Of a stretch of DNA of 64,000 nt, positions 34,610 to 47,739 are shown piece by piece. The position numbers were made by a program, and so were the translations under genes. The notes beneath the pieces were generated by a model that was given only the letters and a program-made list of their open reading frames with translations, ran no database searches and had not been told where the DNA came from. Origin of the DNA: an uncultured Nitrososphaerales archaeon (GTDB taxonomy: Archaea; Thermoproteota; Nitrososphaeria; Nitrososphaerales; Nitrososphaeraceae); NCBI GenBank assembly GCA_963709405.1, contig CAVPXM010000073.1, positions 44,533-108,532 on the forward strand. Direction: 5' to 3'. How positions within the stretch are numbered: the stretch's first letter is position 1; every line of letters starts with the position of its first letter.

Positions 34610-34920
34610 CTATTGAGGTAGCTTGGCTGCAAGGACTGTGACATTTTCGATGCTAGGTGGCCGTGCGAAAAGCTCAGATGCTTTCTCCTTCAGAGCTGCC
34701 GCTACGACGGGCCTGTGAGGTGTGCTTGCCTACCTGATTCGTCTGGAAAGGCATCAAAAATCCCAAATGTAGATGGCCCTAGACGAATTGCAAACCATGC
34801 GATCGTTGAGGGTTCTTCTTGAACAATTGAAAGGCCTCCTTGGAGAAAGGTTTCCACTTCAGACTCTTTTCCTGGCTTTGCCTCTAGTCGAACAAACAGT
34901 GCGACGTTGACATTAGCCAT
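34610..34920 (-). CDS. ABM monooxygenase-like protein (copy A, frameshifted)
   Basis: Mirror of 55213-55521. Confidence 0.8.
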
Positions 34921-35132
34921 AATAATGCTGTCTCCTTTCGAGATTGATGTGCATTATAAAACATTTATACATCATGAAATTTGGCAACACGGATTATTTA
35001 AGAATTTTATTTTGGTCCAATTATAGTTACAATCATATTTACAATATCTATCAATGTCTTGATAATCTCTGCGTTTCCAAACAAACATGTACATTCTTAC
35101 AGATTGGCCTTCAAGTTCAGCAACTAATCTAA

Positions 35133-35505
35133 TCAACTAGTTTGATATCTAGGACTGTGCGTCTTATCTCTAGAAATAGTAATGGATTTAGAATAATTAT
35201 CGTCTGAAGAATCAACTGCTACTCTTTCCGAGCGCCTACACAGCATTTTATAAGAATCTAAAACATCTATTTCAATTACTCCTGGTAGATGTTGTATATT
35301 AGGCACGTAATTATTTAGTGTGTATAGATTTTGCATTCTAACTTCTATTTTGATGTCTTGTACTTTTCAAATCTTCAGAATCTGATTTATTTATAACCTC
35401 TACCGAACTTGCGAATTTCTGTTGCTGATCTTCCAACGGATATTTTCCCGATCGGATCGAGCCTTCGATCATTTTACATAATTCTGAAATCTTCAAAGCT
35501 TTCAT
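35133..35505 (-). CDS. Hypothetical protein (copy A, frameshifted)
   Basis: Mirror of 54629-55000. Confidence 0.65.
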
Positions 35506-35618
35506 AGTGGTTTGTCGTTACTTTTATTTATACCAATCATTTTTAAGATTATATCTGATTAGTCAAAATTTCCTTCTCTGATGTACATCCTCTAGACCCT
35601 CATCCAGAGACTGGATAG

Positions 35619-36182
35619 TTATTCTACATTCTTTTTCATCCAGTCTCTGTCATCCAAATATTCTATTAATTTCATCATTTGTTCAATTCTTGCTTTTCCA
35701 CCGGCTCGATCTCTACAAATCGAATAATGCTTTATCAAAACTTCATCTTCTTTAGTTGAGATGCTGCCTTTATTTTCAATTAAATCAAAGAATTTGTCTT
35801 CTTTTCCGGTATGGTCAGTTACAAAGACTGCGTATGATTTTAAGAATCTCGCAACTGGTTCTCTTGAATCTATTCCTGTTCTCCATACTTTTAACTCCCT
35901 TAGAAGCATTTGTGCAATTCTTCTTCCTAGCTCATGTTCAATGAGAAACTTGCGAATATCTTCTTCAAATCCGTTTTTATCTTTAGTTTGCGGAAAATAT
36001 GCCTGTTCCTCCTTCCCATGATGAAATCTATCTACGAATTCTTCAATAATTACAGAAATAATTTCAATATCTTCAAGTGGAATATTCTCATTAGCATATA
36101 ACTTATCAGAGCATCTTTGAGCAATGTTGCGAACTCTTCGTATTATTAAATGATCTTGCTTGAGGTCGTTAGTTGCATTCAA
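35619..36182 (-). CDS. Hemerythrin/HHE domain protein (copy A)
   Basis: DH, HHGKEE, EHE, DHTGKED ligand pattern. Confidence 0.9.
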   Translation of the reverse strand: MNATNDLKQDHLIIRRVRNIAQRCSDKLYANENIPLEDIEIISVIIEEFVDRFHHGKEEQAYFPQTKDKNGFEEDIRKFLIEHELGRRIAQMLLRELKVWRTGIDSREPVARFLKSYAVFVTDHTGKEDKFFDLIENKGSISTKEDEVLIKHYSICRDRAGGKARIEQMMKLIEYLDDRDWMKKNVE

Positions 36183-36204
36183 CTTATTCTGTAATATGCT
36201 GGAT

Positions 36205-36492
36205 TCATGCTTTATTAAGTATTAGCCGCGCTGATTTCCTACCCACATCGAATAACTTCTCTTCATTGCTTTTACCATTTGGATCAGTTACTATGAAACG
36301 AATTTTCTTTACTTTCTGATCATTGTATGTTTTTTCTACTTCGATAATCCCTTTTTGAGGAAGGAATTGTAATATGCTCTTGCCTCCTACACCTATGCTT
36401 ACATACTGACTGCTTGCATTCAATATTTTCTCGATTTCATTTATGTTATTATTCGCTATTGATACTTGATTTTGTTCATTTGTTATTGACAT
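36205..36492 (-). CDS. Element protein, possible OB-fold ssDNA-binding (copy A)
   Basis: Mirror of 53642-53929. Confidence 0.6.
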   Translation of the reverse strand: MSITNEQNQVSIANNNINEIEKILNASSQYVSIGVGGKSILQFLPQKGIIEVEKTYNDQKVKKIRFIVTDPNGKSNEEKLFDVGRKSARLILNKA

Positions 36493-36770
36493 TTCTTTTG
36501 ATTCACCTCCTGATTCTATGTTTTAAGCAAATTAGCCCATTATCCAGTAAGTGAATAATAGTTTACGGCCATGCCACGCGAAGGCTTTGCTATGTGGTCA
36601 TCTTATAAAGTCTATCCATTAGGCCTAGACCTATTTTGAAATTCCTCCGATTCGGGATAGTTTAGTTTGCCAGGACGTTCGCTTTCTCTATGGCTTATGC
36701 GTTCTAAGTCACTGGTGAAGCATTCAGAACAGTAATAGAGCCAAATCTAATGCTAGAAAGAAGATTGTCT

Positions 36771-36874
36771 TAGGTGGTCTAGGTTGATCTCTTATTAATA
36801 TGATATTCCATCATTATTCTCTGCAAATTTTCCTTAGGGACATTAATAATAGGAAGTAACCTAGACCACCTAGG
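36771..36874. repeat. Inverted repeat, putative replication origin (copy A)
   Basis: taggtggtctaggtt ... aacctagaccacctagg. Confidence 0.65.
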
Positions 36875-36884
36875 CCAGTGATTG

Positions 36885-38571
36885 TCATAGAACATTCTCC
36901 CTTGATTTTACTCCAAGATAGCAATACTCCCTGTCTGCCTTGTTTAGCCTTAGCCGTTCTTTCTTTATGCCTAGTTGTCCCAATTCCATTCCAAAAATAT
37001 TATCGTTTTTCGAGGTAAGGTTGTTGACTTTGCAGACCAAGATAAACTCCCCATAGATCACGGCAGATTATGTAGTCTTCTCTGTTGTTCGTTACATCGC
37101 ACTTCTCTCTTAGGAACTCTCTCTACTGTGCTCGCATTAAGATTATACTCCCTTTCGATGGTCGCAATGTCGTCTGCGTGCACAAATTGGTTATCTTTGA
37201 TAAGTTGCCGAAGCGCGATTAATGCCAGATTTAGAAGACCAGACAATTCTTCCGGTGTGGTTAATTTGTATACCAATTCCGTATCGTTGTCGTCGCCTTC
37301 ATAAACCTTCTCGAAAAAGAGGATAATCCATCTCCGGAAATAAGCATAAGTTCGATCCTCCGACTGCGGAATCTCATTAGCACTGAAGATTAACTTAGCA
37401 TAGTTTTGAAACTCAAAAGGGTTTTGGAATTTCTTTTGCGCTCTAATATAATCGCCAGAGACGAGCATTTTGAAATTGCCAGTGCTAACTAATTTATCCG
37501 ACTTCAAATCGGCGAACGTGTTGGCCAGTTTCCCATAAAGGCCGGCGCTCGCAAACCTGTCGCCGGCCAAATCCTGAAGACTAATGTGGCTGATATTTTT
37601 GGAGCCAAGTAAATGATCTATTATCCTTAAAAATGTGGATTTGCCGTTAGAACCTTTGCCAATACACAACACCGCTTTTTCAAATTTTGAGTCTTATAGA
37701 GGCAGTATCCTATTAATTCGAGTGCTGTAAAGACGTCTCTTTGGTTTTAATACTTGTCCCAAGAATCTGAGATCCTGGCACATTTCGCATTCGGGTTGAA
37801 TTTTACAGGTAATTGCGTAATGGAGTATTGATCGGGCGAGTGGTGTGTTAATGTCATAGTATGTATATTCAACAGGCCGTTTTGCAGATTTAGAATCTCA
37901 GGATTGGAATCAAATATTGATCGGTCAATGAATGTTCTTCGCTTTATATGGTTGATAACCTCTTGGACATCGTTAGTCTTAATCTTCGGTTGTATTTGTT
38001 GACATTCGGATTTGATTCGCCATTCTTGGCCTGACAAATAGAGACCGTTACCATCATACCAAAACAATTCCTCATTGTCGGTAGTAGTTCTGAAGATATT
38101 TCCACTAGTTATCTTTTTAGCGAGTTGTTGAATTGGCGAGGCATCTTCTGGCTCTGCTGTATCTAGACAATTAACAAGATCATTGACGTGTTCGGCGATT
38201 ACTGAACCGTCGCCCTTCCAATTGCCGTCGCCTTCTAAAAGTGACCATCTTAAAGGTTCATTCTGAAGATACTCATAATAGACTTGTGCCGCCGGGACTT
38301 GATTATTTTATAAACTGCCGTGGTTACAACATCGTTGATTGACTGTGAATCAGTGCATAAATTAATGATCTGTTCCCTTAACTCTGCACTAAAATTTTGA
38401 ATATATAGTATAACTACATCAGTAAATTCTGAGGGATGATTTACCATCGTCCGTCTTGTAGCATATTTGAGCCTGGACGTAATATTTTCTCTCATGAGCA
38501 GTTTCATCGTAGCGACACATTTCCAAATACAATCTATCGGCATTAGCAGATGATGTCCACCACTCTTCCAA
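36885..38571 (-). CDS. P4/D5-like SF3 helicase (copy A, several frameshifts)
   Basis: GKGSNGKS Walker A; mirror of 51555-53247. Confidence 0.85.
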
Positions 38572-38794
38572 TCAGTATACTCACCCCTTACTCAGATAGG
38601 TAACTGTTGTGCGTTTCAGATTTATTTATCATGATTTATTTTGCCTACTTCAACTGCAGTTGCTTTACCCGCTTCGCGATCCGCTTCGGGAGCAATCTGA
38701 AGAATGGAATGCTTGCAATTACTCTCTTCCAGATGTTCCCTAATGACTCTTAAAATGATCTTAGAAAAATTTAACTCTATGGAGGGCAGATTAT

Positions 38795-38965
38795 TCAGGA
38801 GTCTTTTGCATCTCCGTTTGCTGACTTGGCGCTATGACTTGATTCGGCTTGTTCAAGGAGGTTAGTTATAACGGAATCAAATGAGTCCGTTACTATACCT
38901 TGATTTCGTAGCCGATCGTAATTGCGTTTTGAAATTACGATTAAACACCTTTCCTTTTGTGTCAT
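38795..38965 (-). CDS. Small RHH-like DNA-binding protein (copy A)
   Basis: Mirror of 51162-51332. Confidence 0.65.
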   Translation of the reverse strand: MTQKERCLIVISKRNYDRLRNQGIVTDSFDSVITNLLEQAESSHSAKSANGDAKDS

Positions 38966-39043
38966 TTATTAATTGAGTTTATTAAGCCGACGTTCATACT
39001 ATTTAACAAATCGGGTGGTAAAGCATTTCGTATAGAACTAACT

Positions 39044-39273
39044 ATGAGAACCGTTTAGCTTGGTGGAGCACATGGAAAACAATCATCGAAAGGAATGGAC
39101 CTCTAGGTATCGGTTTCAATGAAATACAGCGAATGATAGGTTGTTCTAGCAAGACTGAAGCCAAGTATCTTAGATACTTTCTTCAATGGAATTACATAGA
39201 ACGTGATTCTAAAGGTAGGTATCACCTAACCCAAAAAGCCATGGACGACTCGGATGATTTTTTTATCATTTGA
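39044..39273 (+). pseudogene. Winged-helix regulator remnant, divergent from RHH gene (copy A; mirror ~50853-51083)
   Basis: GIGFNEIQRMIGCSSKTEAKYLRYF..WNYIERDSKGRYHLT; broken start. Confidence 0.5.
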
Positions 39274-39631
39274 GATAGCCGAATTTACAGCCATGTGGTG
39301 AGCAGAGCAAAGATTCAACCAAGAATGACAAATCACCTAATCCTAAGAAAAAAGTAACCTAGATAGTCGTGTTATTGTGCTTATGTTTTGCTAGATGAGC
39401 AGATATAATAAAAGGTTACAATTTAGCTCGTAATAAGAAATACGTCATAATTAAACAAAGGTATAAGATGAATGTGAAGCCATTTTTGTATGTCTGCTTT
39501 TTTCTCTCCTTTCTTAGAGAAGTCCTCAGAATCAAGTAGATCCCCCTTGCCACTGCCAGAAAATGACTTAAAGAGTTGTAGACAGTAATTGTTTTATAGA
39601 GAGATAATCTCGTTGGAGCACCATCATTTTG

Positions 39632-40760
39632 TTATTTTTGTTGATATGTATTTGATGCCTTTGTCTTTACGGCTACAAGTTCTCTAATGGCATCCATTTC
39701 CTTTTGTAGAGCTTCAATCTGACTTTTTTCTACTTGAAGAGTCTCAATCTGCCGTCTTAACTGTTCATTTTCCTCATCTGTAGCATTTATTGTCAAATAG
39801 GGAATTACACCACTATAGCCTACACTCTTATCGTTGCCCTCCAATAGTTCAGTGTCAGTAGGCTTAAAATACGATTTTATCAAACCTGATTTATGACCCA
39901 TGAGGTATTCGCAATATAAAGGGTTCATGTTGTGATTTATACACTGAGTATCAAAGAATTTGCGAAAGCCGTGACACTGCATCAGGCTAGTTTTGTTATG
40001 GTTTTGAGTAGGTGGCCTTAGACCAGTTTTGTCTAATAGGATGCTCATTATACGGCTTATCGAATTTGATTCTAATGGTCTGGGTTTTGAGATTCGCATC
40101 AAACTGGTAGTATTAAATTCTCTGCGAAAGAGGATAGATTCGGGTTGCAGTTTTTCACCTAATCTTTCCCTCCATGCCAGGTATTGATCGATTAGCCTAG
40201 CGCATTCTGGCTGGATATGTCGTATACTGTTCCCGGTCTCTCTTGTAGACTATGATTTTGTATAGACCGTATTTTTCTATCTTTTGCAAATCTTTTAGTC
40301 TTAGGTTGGGTAGTGCTCCCCTTCTCAAACCAGCTGAAGCCATCATTAAAATCATGCAACGGTCTCGCAGTGTGGTATTATCTATCAGCTTCTTAATCTG
40401 CTGTCTTGTATAGGGAACATCTTCAACAACACTTCGCAACTTACCTTTGAACTTTTTTAGTTTTTTCCAATTTATTGTGATATCATTCATTTCGTAAAAG
40501 TGGGCAATTGCTGAGAAGTAGGCTGCTATAGATGCAGGTGCAAGTTTTCTGTCTTCTCGTAGGTGGATAAAGTAGTCTCGTATCAGTCCTTCTAGTTTTT
40601 TGATAGGTTGAATTTGGAGCATTGCCTCGTATGAGTCTACTTTGCAAAAGCGCATAAACTGAGGGAACGAGCGCCTGTAACTACGGCGTGAGTATTCGCT
40701 ATCTAAACTGTTGATAAAATTCTTGTAGGCATCAGATGTCTCTGCGGTTATTGTCTGCAT
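39632..40760 (-). CDS. Tyrosine integrase (copy A, frameshift near 40210)
   Basis: SAGLRRG, HGFRKFF, LMGH and catalytic Tyr (SYF). Confidence 0.9.
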
Positions 40761-41190
40761 AGCAGTCGTTACTAACTAATATCTAATATTTAATCGTATG
40801 ATATGGTGTTACTAATTTATGTTAGCAGTATTAGTCTATTATATATAACCTCAAGATTCAAAATAATTTGTTATCTTACTTTGAATTTGCGTACTATTGG
40901 TAAAGGATTTGATTTAACTTGCTTCGTCAGATCAAATTTATTCCAGTGATTGGATTTTTTTTTGGGTCCTATAGTTGACAGGAGCAAACTTACTTAATTC
41001 AGAAGCATTTGATTTTTTAATTGAGGCGCGCATAAAGAAGGCCATTCTATGAAGTTTATTTTTCAACTTTTTATACTAATATGTAGAATCGAAAACTGAA
41101 ATGTCCTATAAAAATATCTAGAAAATCCCTACAGGAGTTCTAAATCATTTCTGTACAAATCATCTAATGAAAAGGTACTCTCGATACTTA

Positions 41191-42162
41191 GAGCCTATCC
41201 CAAAATTCGATACGATTATAGCTCGATGTTGCTTTTGCTAAAGTATGGCCTGTATCCAGAAGAAGAATGAGAAAGAGGATGATAAAAAGGATAATCGCAC
41301 CATCATAACCATTCCAGATGAATTGTGGGATGAGATTAAAGTAATTTTACCCAGAGAGAAACCACTCAAAACAGTGGGTCGGCCAATTGTACCATACAGA
41401 AGGGTACTTGATGGAGTTTTATACATCCTTAGAACTGGGTGCCAATGGAAGATGCTACCCAAAGAGTATGGATCGGGTTCCACATGCCATAGAAGGTTTC
41501 AGGAATGGAATAAACTGGATGTTTTCAAAAAGACATGGGTTCGATTACTGAAAATATATGATCGAATCATTGGTATCAACTGGACATGGCAATCAATCGA
41601 TAGTATATCCATAAAATCGCCTTTAGGGGGGCGATGACCGGAAATAATCCCACGGACAGGAGCAAACTGGGCACAAAAAGACACATTTTAACAGACAAAG
41701 AAGGTATACCGCTTTCGGCGGTCATTTCATCTGCTAATACCCATGACATTAAACTGGTAATAGATATGGTTGATAATTCAGTTATTAAAAAGCCGTCATC
41801 ATCATCCAAACCGAAATCAAGAAGAAAGGGAAGAAGGAGAAGGTTACAACATCTATGTCTTGACAAAGCATATAATTCCACACAAGAAGAACAGGAACTA
41901 ATCAGGCGGGGATATGTACTGCACATTAGTCCCAAAAGAAAGAAGGGTGAAAAAGAGGAGGAGGTCAAGACGGAAACGCAACCTTCCTTAAACCGGAAAA
42001 AACATTCTGCAAAAAGATGGGTTGTGGAAAGGACAAACTCATGGCACAACAGGTTCAGAAAACTGTTCACACGGTATGAAAAGAAGGCAGAGAACTACCT
42101 TGGACTGGTACAGTTCTCCTGTTTTATGATCATCTGTAGAAAGATAATTTTGGGATAGGTTC
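41191..42162 (+). mobile_element. IS5-family element with two-ORF transposase (41245-41637, 41634-42158)
   Basis: 17-bp TIRs gagcctatcccaaaatt (1 mismatch); TTA on both flanks; LRTGCQW, IDS, LDKAY, RWVVERT. Confidence 0.93.
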
Positions 42163-42802
42163 TTAATTGTATGTAAGTTGACTAGATATTATAAGATCGG
42201 AGAGAATACTATTAGTAAAGCATTTAAATTTCCAAACATATTATTGTGTGGGATTACTAATGTAATTTTCTTATCTTCAGCTTAATGGTCTGTTCTGATT
42301 CGCGGTAAACAAAGCATGAATAATGATTTTGTGTTTGGGGTAATGATGATGATAGTAAAAATGATGAGAATAGACCGTTCTAATTCGAATTCATTCAGTT
42401 AATGGACAGGTCAAAACAATTCGTCCCTTCAATAATAACACGTTAGGCATTCAGATTTGTGTTATCTTATCGAAATATAAGCTAACTGGGGTTTGCATAT
42501 TCAATTTCTTGCCTATATTACCCTCTCTTAGTTACATACGCAGGTTACATGTACCACTGAAAGCTTTATACTGTATCCAGCTCTAATCTGTAGTACATCA
42601 AGATCTCATATTTTAATTCTAATTTGCATCTTCAGTAGATCATGCATGTCTTAAGATTCACAAAAATTTACAAGAACTAAAAAAATAATGGACCTTTTCA
42701 TCCTTTTATTATTATACAAACAATCTGATCCGGATGGAGTGAACATCTCAAGATATTATAAATGACCAAATAGCAATTCATAGACAGCTAGACTTCTAGT
42801 GC

Positions 42803-42994
42803 TCAACGCAGGGGACGAAACTGGTAATCTCTTAGTTTGACTATATGTTGTTGAGATAACAATCCATTAGCAAATACCAATGCTCCACAGGTATTGTACC
42901 TTAGCATTATATGACCAGTCTTGGTGGGTTTCAGAGAAGCCATAGAATTGCAAAATAGGCAGTAGACTATGCGTTCCCATGAATTCAGAGTCAA
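42803..42994 (-). CDS. Small Zn-ribbon-like hypothetical protein
   Basis: CLFC...YNTCG; second CxxC degraded. Confidence 0.4.
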   Translation of the reverse strand: MTLNSWERIVYCLFCNSMASLKPTKTGHIMLRYNTCGALVFANGLLSQQHIVKLRDYQFRPLR

Positions 42995-43477
42995 ATAACC
43001 AGTATATATTACGCTTGATGACTATATATATAGAGCGGATGTAACAAACCTCTTCTCATCAGATGAGAATTAGTTCCTATTTTGAAGATATGAATAATGG
43101 TCTATAGCTACTTACACGAAGGAAGTACTCATCGGTTATCACCAATAATAACTGATTCTACCTAATTATAACTACTCAGTACGCATACGGCTTCTCATAT
43201 CACTAGAAAAAGTATGCGTCACCAAAGATGGAGAATGATCCTAAAATAATTACAGCCGCCCAACTAATAGCGGAAGGATAAGTCTCATGTACTATTTATT
43301 TCTAATAACATACTGATCAGCTACCGTTGACTGAGTATGATTATAGGGGGAAGATGATCTCTTCTTCTAGCCTGATTTGGTCATTATTGCTCAAAGATAC
43401 AGCTTTACCATTCACCTGAAAATGATATGCGATCAAAATAGGCAAACCAAACAGTATGGGACATTACTAAAAAATAT

Positions 43478-44406
43478 GGTAATACCTAAGAAGTTGGAAC
43501 AGTTCTTACCATTATTTTAGCTAGTAACCGGAAGATATTCTCGTTCCTATGGTTGAATCTAAATTCTATTTCTTTAAGGTACAGGTAAAAGTACTGTTTG
43601 GGTACTCCTCGATAATGATACAACCAGGTCTTTGCATAACTCCAGAATCCTTCAATACCATTGATATGACTAGTATCTTCACGTACATATTCTTCCATTC
43701 GATGAGCAATTATCTGATGTTTTCCGATTAGATCTAATGAAGCATATGCAGTATGGTCATCGGTATAATACAAGGAACCCTTCTTAGTATGGAGTTTAAT
43801 TAATGGAATTAATGTATCATGTATTCTGTCAGATACAGGAAATGTGATGACCTTCCCATTTCTTTGATATATTCCAAATACCAGGCTTTTACCTTCTGCA
43901 CCCCATCCGCGTTTTCCTTTCCTATGTCCACCAAATAATGCTTCGTCTATTTCTATTTCTCCTGACAGCTTCTTCAGCTCCTTTAATTTCTGAAGTGATT
44001 CATTGTAGATTGATTGTCTGAATACTCTGAATGTTCTCTCTATTGTGGCCAAGCTAAGTGGAACATAAAATCGGATTCTGTACGCTGGTACTCCAAGAGC
44101 ATAGAGATAGAGGAGGTGCACTAGTATATCAAGTGGGAAATAAAACTCTCCAAGATAAGTTCCTGTCAACTCTCCAAATTTGTATCTGCAACGTTTGCAT
44201 CCAAACCTCTTATCTTTAAGATGGTACAACAATCGATATCCACATCTTGGACATCGTCTCCTTCCTTTCCATCTAGCATGACGAAAATATACGCGGCTTT
44301 TTGTCACACTTCCAGCAAGTTCTATAGGACTAGATTCACGCACGCATCACGAATAGGGCACTAGAAATTATCCCTTATTATCTGTTCCAAGTTCTTGGGT
44401 ATTACC
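43478..44406 (-). mobile_element. IS1595-family element, intact transposase 43486-44343
   Basis: 25-bp TIRs ggtaatacc..ggaacag; exact 8-bp TSD aaaaatat; Zn ribbon, EIDEA, YTD, HINGIEGFWS. Confidence 0.95.
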
Positions 44407-45163
44407 AAAAATATTAGTATAAAATTATCTCCATCTTCTCAAGATTCAGTAGCATAATAATTGGAACAAAAATCGGTTACTATTATTCGATCGTTTCTAA
44501 TTACAACTTATTCTAAATTCTTTTGTGTTCGGTTAATATTTATGTGGAAACATTCTTAATTTGATATTGTTACTTTTTCATATCCTAAAAAAATGCCGAT
44601 ACATTTTTTCTATTTTCCTATGTACCCAAAGACCTATCGTTAGTCTTGTAGGTCTATTGGCATCGTCTATATCTGGACGGTCATAACCTATTGAAAAATG
44701 GTCGCTTTCTATAATTTGCTCTTATTTGATACCTCTATTATGATCTAGGACATAAGCTAAAATGTGACACAACTTCGATCATTAAAAAAGATAGATCTTG
44801 TGATACTAGCACAATGGAAGTACAACTCAATATCTAGCATTTTTGAGTTTGTTGTTTGTTTGGACTGCTGATAAAGACATTATTGATTATTAGTTTTTAG
44901 TGTTAGATATAGCGATCATTTGAAAGAATGCCCTTTTTTATAAATGTTCTAATTGCTTGTTCACTGGTTGCAAATAGAAGATAAGATTACCCATGATATT
45001 GAAAGTTCCGTCATCTAAAGCTGAAAATATTTAAAATATTGTAAGAAATGCACTTAATCTGACTACCTTGCATAATAGTGACAACCTTCGATGAATAATT
45101 CAGATTAGCATAAGTGATAGTTATATGAGACCCTGATAATATAGACAAAATGGATGATCCACT

Positions 45164-45541
45164 ATGATACGCGGTAATAGACTAATAGTTATTATACTCA
45201 TGGGAGTACTTTTATCATCAGCAGTTGCTGGTGCTATATCATTTTACAATAGGGCTCCTAGTGCAAATACTGATAATAACAACATACCATTAATAAATGC
45301 ACGACTCAATAGTGTGGTCAATTTTTGTTTGAAATCATTACCAAAAGGGTATGCGGCTTGTGATAGTGAATTAAGTCCTGCTGTCAGTAAAATATGTGCG
45401 GAACATACTGGCCAACCCATTGATGCGTGCAGTGATGGAAAGGTAGCCCAATATTACAAGATCAGAAGTAGTGAAATGGCAAAAAATTCTACAATCATAA
45501 ATGGAAGCAAAAACAAAATCAATAGTACTACAGAATACTAA
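45164..45541 (+). CDS. Exported hypothetical protein with four Cys
   Basis: Signal/TM N-terminus, 125 aa. Confidence 0.7.
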   Translation: MIRGNRLIVIILMGVLLSSAVAGAISFYNRAPSANTDNNNIPLINARLNSVVNFCLKSLPKGYAACDSELSPAVSKICAEHTGQPIDACSDGKVAQYYKIRSSEMAKNSTIINGSKNKINSTTEY

Positions 45542-45697
45542 AAAGAATAGATTCACATTTACTACCATATGCTATCCATTGGGAATGTTTGATTATGTTT
45601 CATCACAAATTCAGACACTCAAAGGATAGCTTTATCCTAATTCATTATAGACATAAAATATGGATCTTGGAATATGCCCAAGCCTCGGTTAACTAGA

Positions 45698-46331
45698 CTT
45701 CTTGATTTCGGTTTGGATGATGATGACGGCTTTTTAATAACTGAATTATCAACCATATCTATTACCAGTTTAATGTCATGGGTACTAGCAGATGAAATGA
45801 CCGCCGAAAGCGGTATACCTTCTTTGTCTGTTAAAATGTGTCTTTTTGTGCCCAGTTTGCTCCTGTCCGTGGGATTATTTCCGGTCATCGCCCCCCTAAA
45901 GGCGATTTTATGGATATACTATCGATTGATTGCCATGTCCAGTTGATACCAATGATTTGATCATATATTTTCAGTAATCGAACCCATGTCTTTTTGAAAA
46001 CATCCAGTTTATTCCATTCCTGAAACCTTCTATGGCATGTGGAACCCGATCCATACTCTTTGGGTAGCATCTTCCATTGGCACCCAGTTCTAAGGATGTA
46101 TAAAACTCCATCAAGTACCTTTCTGTATCGTACAATTGGCCGACCCACTGTTTTGAGTGGTTTCTCTCTGGGTAAAATTACTTTAATCTCATCCCACAAT
46201 TCATCTGGAATGGTTATGATGGTGCGATTATCCTTTTTATCATCCTCTTTCTCATTCTTCTTCTGGATACAGGCCATACTTTAGCAAAAGCAACATCGAG
46301 CTATAATCGTATCGAATTTTGGGATAGGCTC
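45698..46331 (-). mobile_element. Truncated inverted copy of the IS5 at 41191-42162
   Basis: Near-identical left TIR and ORF A; identity ends at 45698 inside ORF B. Confidence 0.92.
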
Positions 46332-46703
46332 TTAGTAATTATGTTGAAATATTGAGTTTCAATATGCCTACCTTTGAATCAAATTGATCTCGACTATTGT
46401 TATTCATTGATGTCCACTTGGCGAACGCGAATTCCTTTCATGGGACAGAAGTGATGGATTCTTAATGTATACCTAACCCGCAGTGTACAAACATAACGAG
46501 TTTATAAAATTACATGTGGACATGAATTATACATTATTTAAGCTGATATTGATCAATTTATCTAATCAATCAGTAATACAATAAGGCATCAGTACAACCA
46601 TATGGTATTAGTTGTTATCGGATACAAATCGCAAACGTTTGTGCAATAAGGTTAACAATATTATTATTATGGATTCATACAACAACTAAAACATGATAAT
46701 AAC

Positions 46704-47192
46704 TTGTCAAGAGTAAATGAAAAGCAATTATTTTCCAAAATTCTTGTAGGAATAGATGGATCTACGATTGCATTAAGGGCGGCAGATTCAGCGATATCGA
46801 TCGCAAGACAGCAGAATATCTCTTATATAGTCGCACTACATGTATTGCCCCAGGAGATAAGATATGATTCTTTGATAGATAGAATCGATCCCGATATCTC
46901 TAGCCCAGTGAAAGGTACAATTGAACTAGCTAGTTTGGAAGCACAAGAATGGTTTAATAAAATTAAAGAAAAACATACAGGACATGATGAACAGAAAATC
47001 AAAATACAGACCGAAGTAATTGTTGGTACTAAATTTATAGCGACTGAAATTTTAGGCTACGCAGAAAACAATAATGTTGATTTGATTGTGATCGGTACGA
47101 AGGGTCGTTCTACATTTAAGAAAATATTACTTGGAAGTGTCGCCTCTTCTGTATTAGCACATGCACACTGTCCTGTCATGGTAGTGAAATGA
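46704..47192 (+). CDS. Universal stress protein
   Basis: ILVGIDGS...DLIVIGTKGR...LGSVA...AHCPVMVVK. Confidence 0.95.
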   Translation: MSRVNEKQLFSKILVGIDGSTIALRAADSAISIARQQNISYIVALHVLPQEIRYDSLIDRIDPDISSPVKGTIELASLEAQEWFNKIKEKHTGHDEQKIKIQTEVIVGTKFIATEILGYAENNNVDLIVIGTKGRSTFKKILLGSVASSVLAHAHCPVMVVK

Positions 47193-47739
47193 ACCTACCA
47201 TGCCGCACTATAAGGTTCAATTTATCCACATGACAGTGACCACTACGATACGATTTGACGTTTATGTATTATATATATGTAGTATACGGCTCAGTTAATA
47301 AATAGATAATATTGATACCATGAATATTACATGTTCTTATAATCCAAATTTACTTGACTTATAAATTTGTAAAATATTGAATGCGTTCACAAATTATTAC
47401 AAATACGTCAAGAATGGGGTCCAGCTATTTCAAGCTAACTTTTCAGGTTGACAAATCCACGATTAATTGTGTTTCACGCGTTTCACTTTATTATTTTATG
47501 ATTGACATGAAAAATCGTGATTATGCTCGTTCCGAAAGACTTATTGGGTAAATTGGAATTATTTGTATTTGCTACTTGGTGTAGATTGAGATGAGCAGCG
47601 TAATGGAAAGCAGTTGAATGTAGGGATATAGTGTTAGCATAGGTTTCAATGAATTGACGATATAACAGGATAACAAAGAATAATCATATGGGTTCCAGCA
47701 ATTATTATTAAAATAGACAACACTTAGTTATATTGGACA

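Larger units (their letters stand above)
32664..41190 (-). mobile_element. Integrative element, copy A (left arm of inverted duplication)
   Basis: Reverse complement of 48942-57474; carries integrase, helicase and cargo. Confidence 0.9.
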
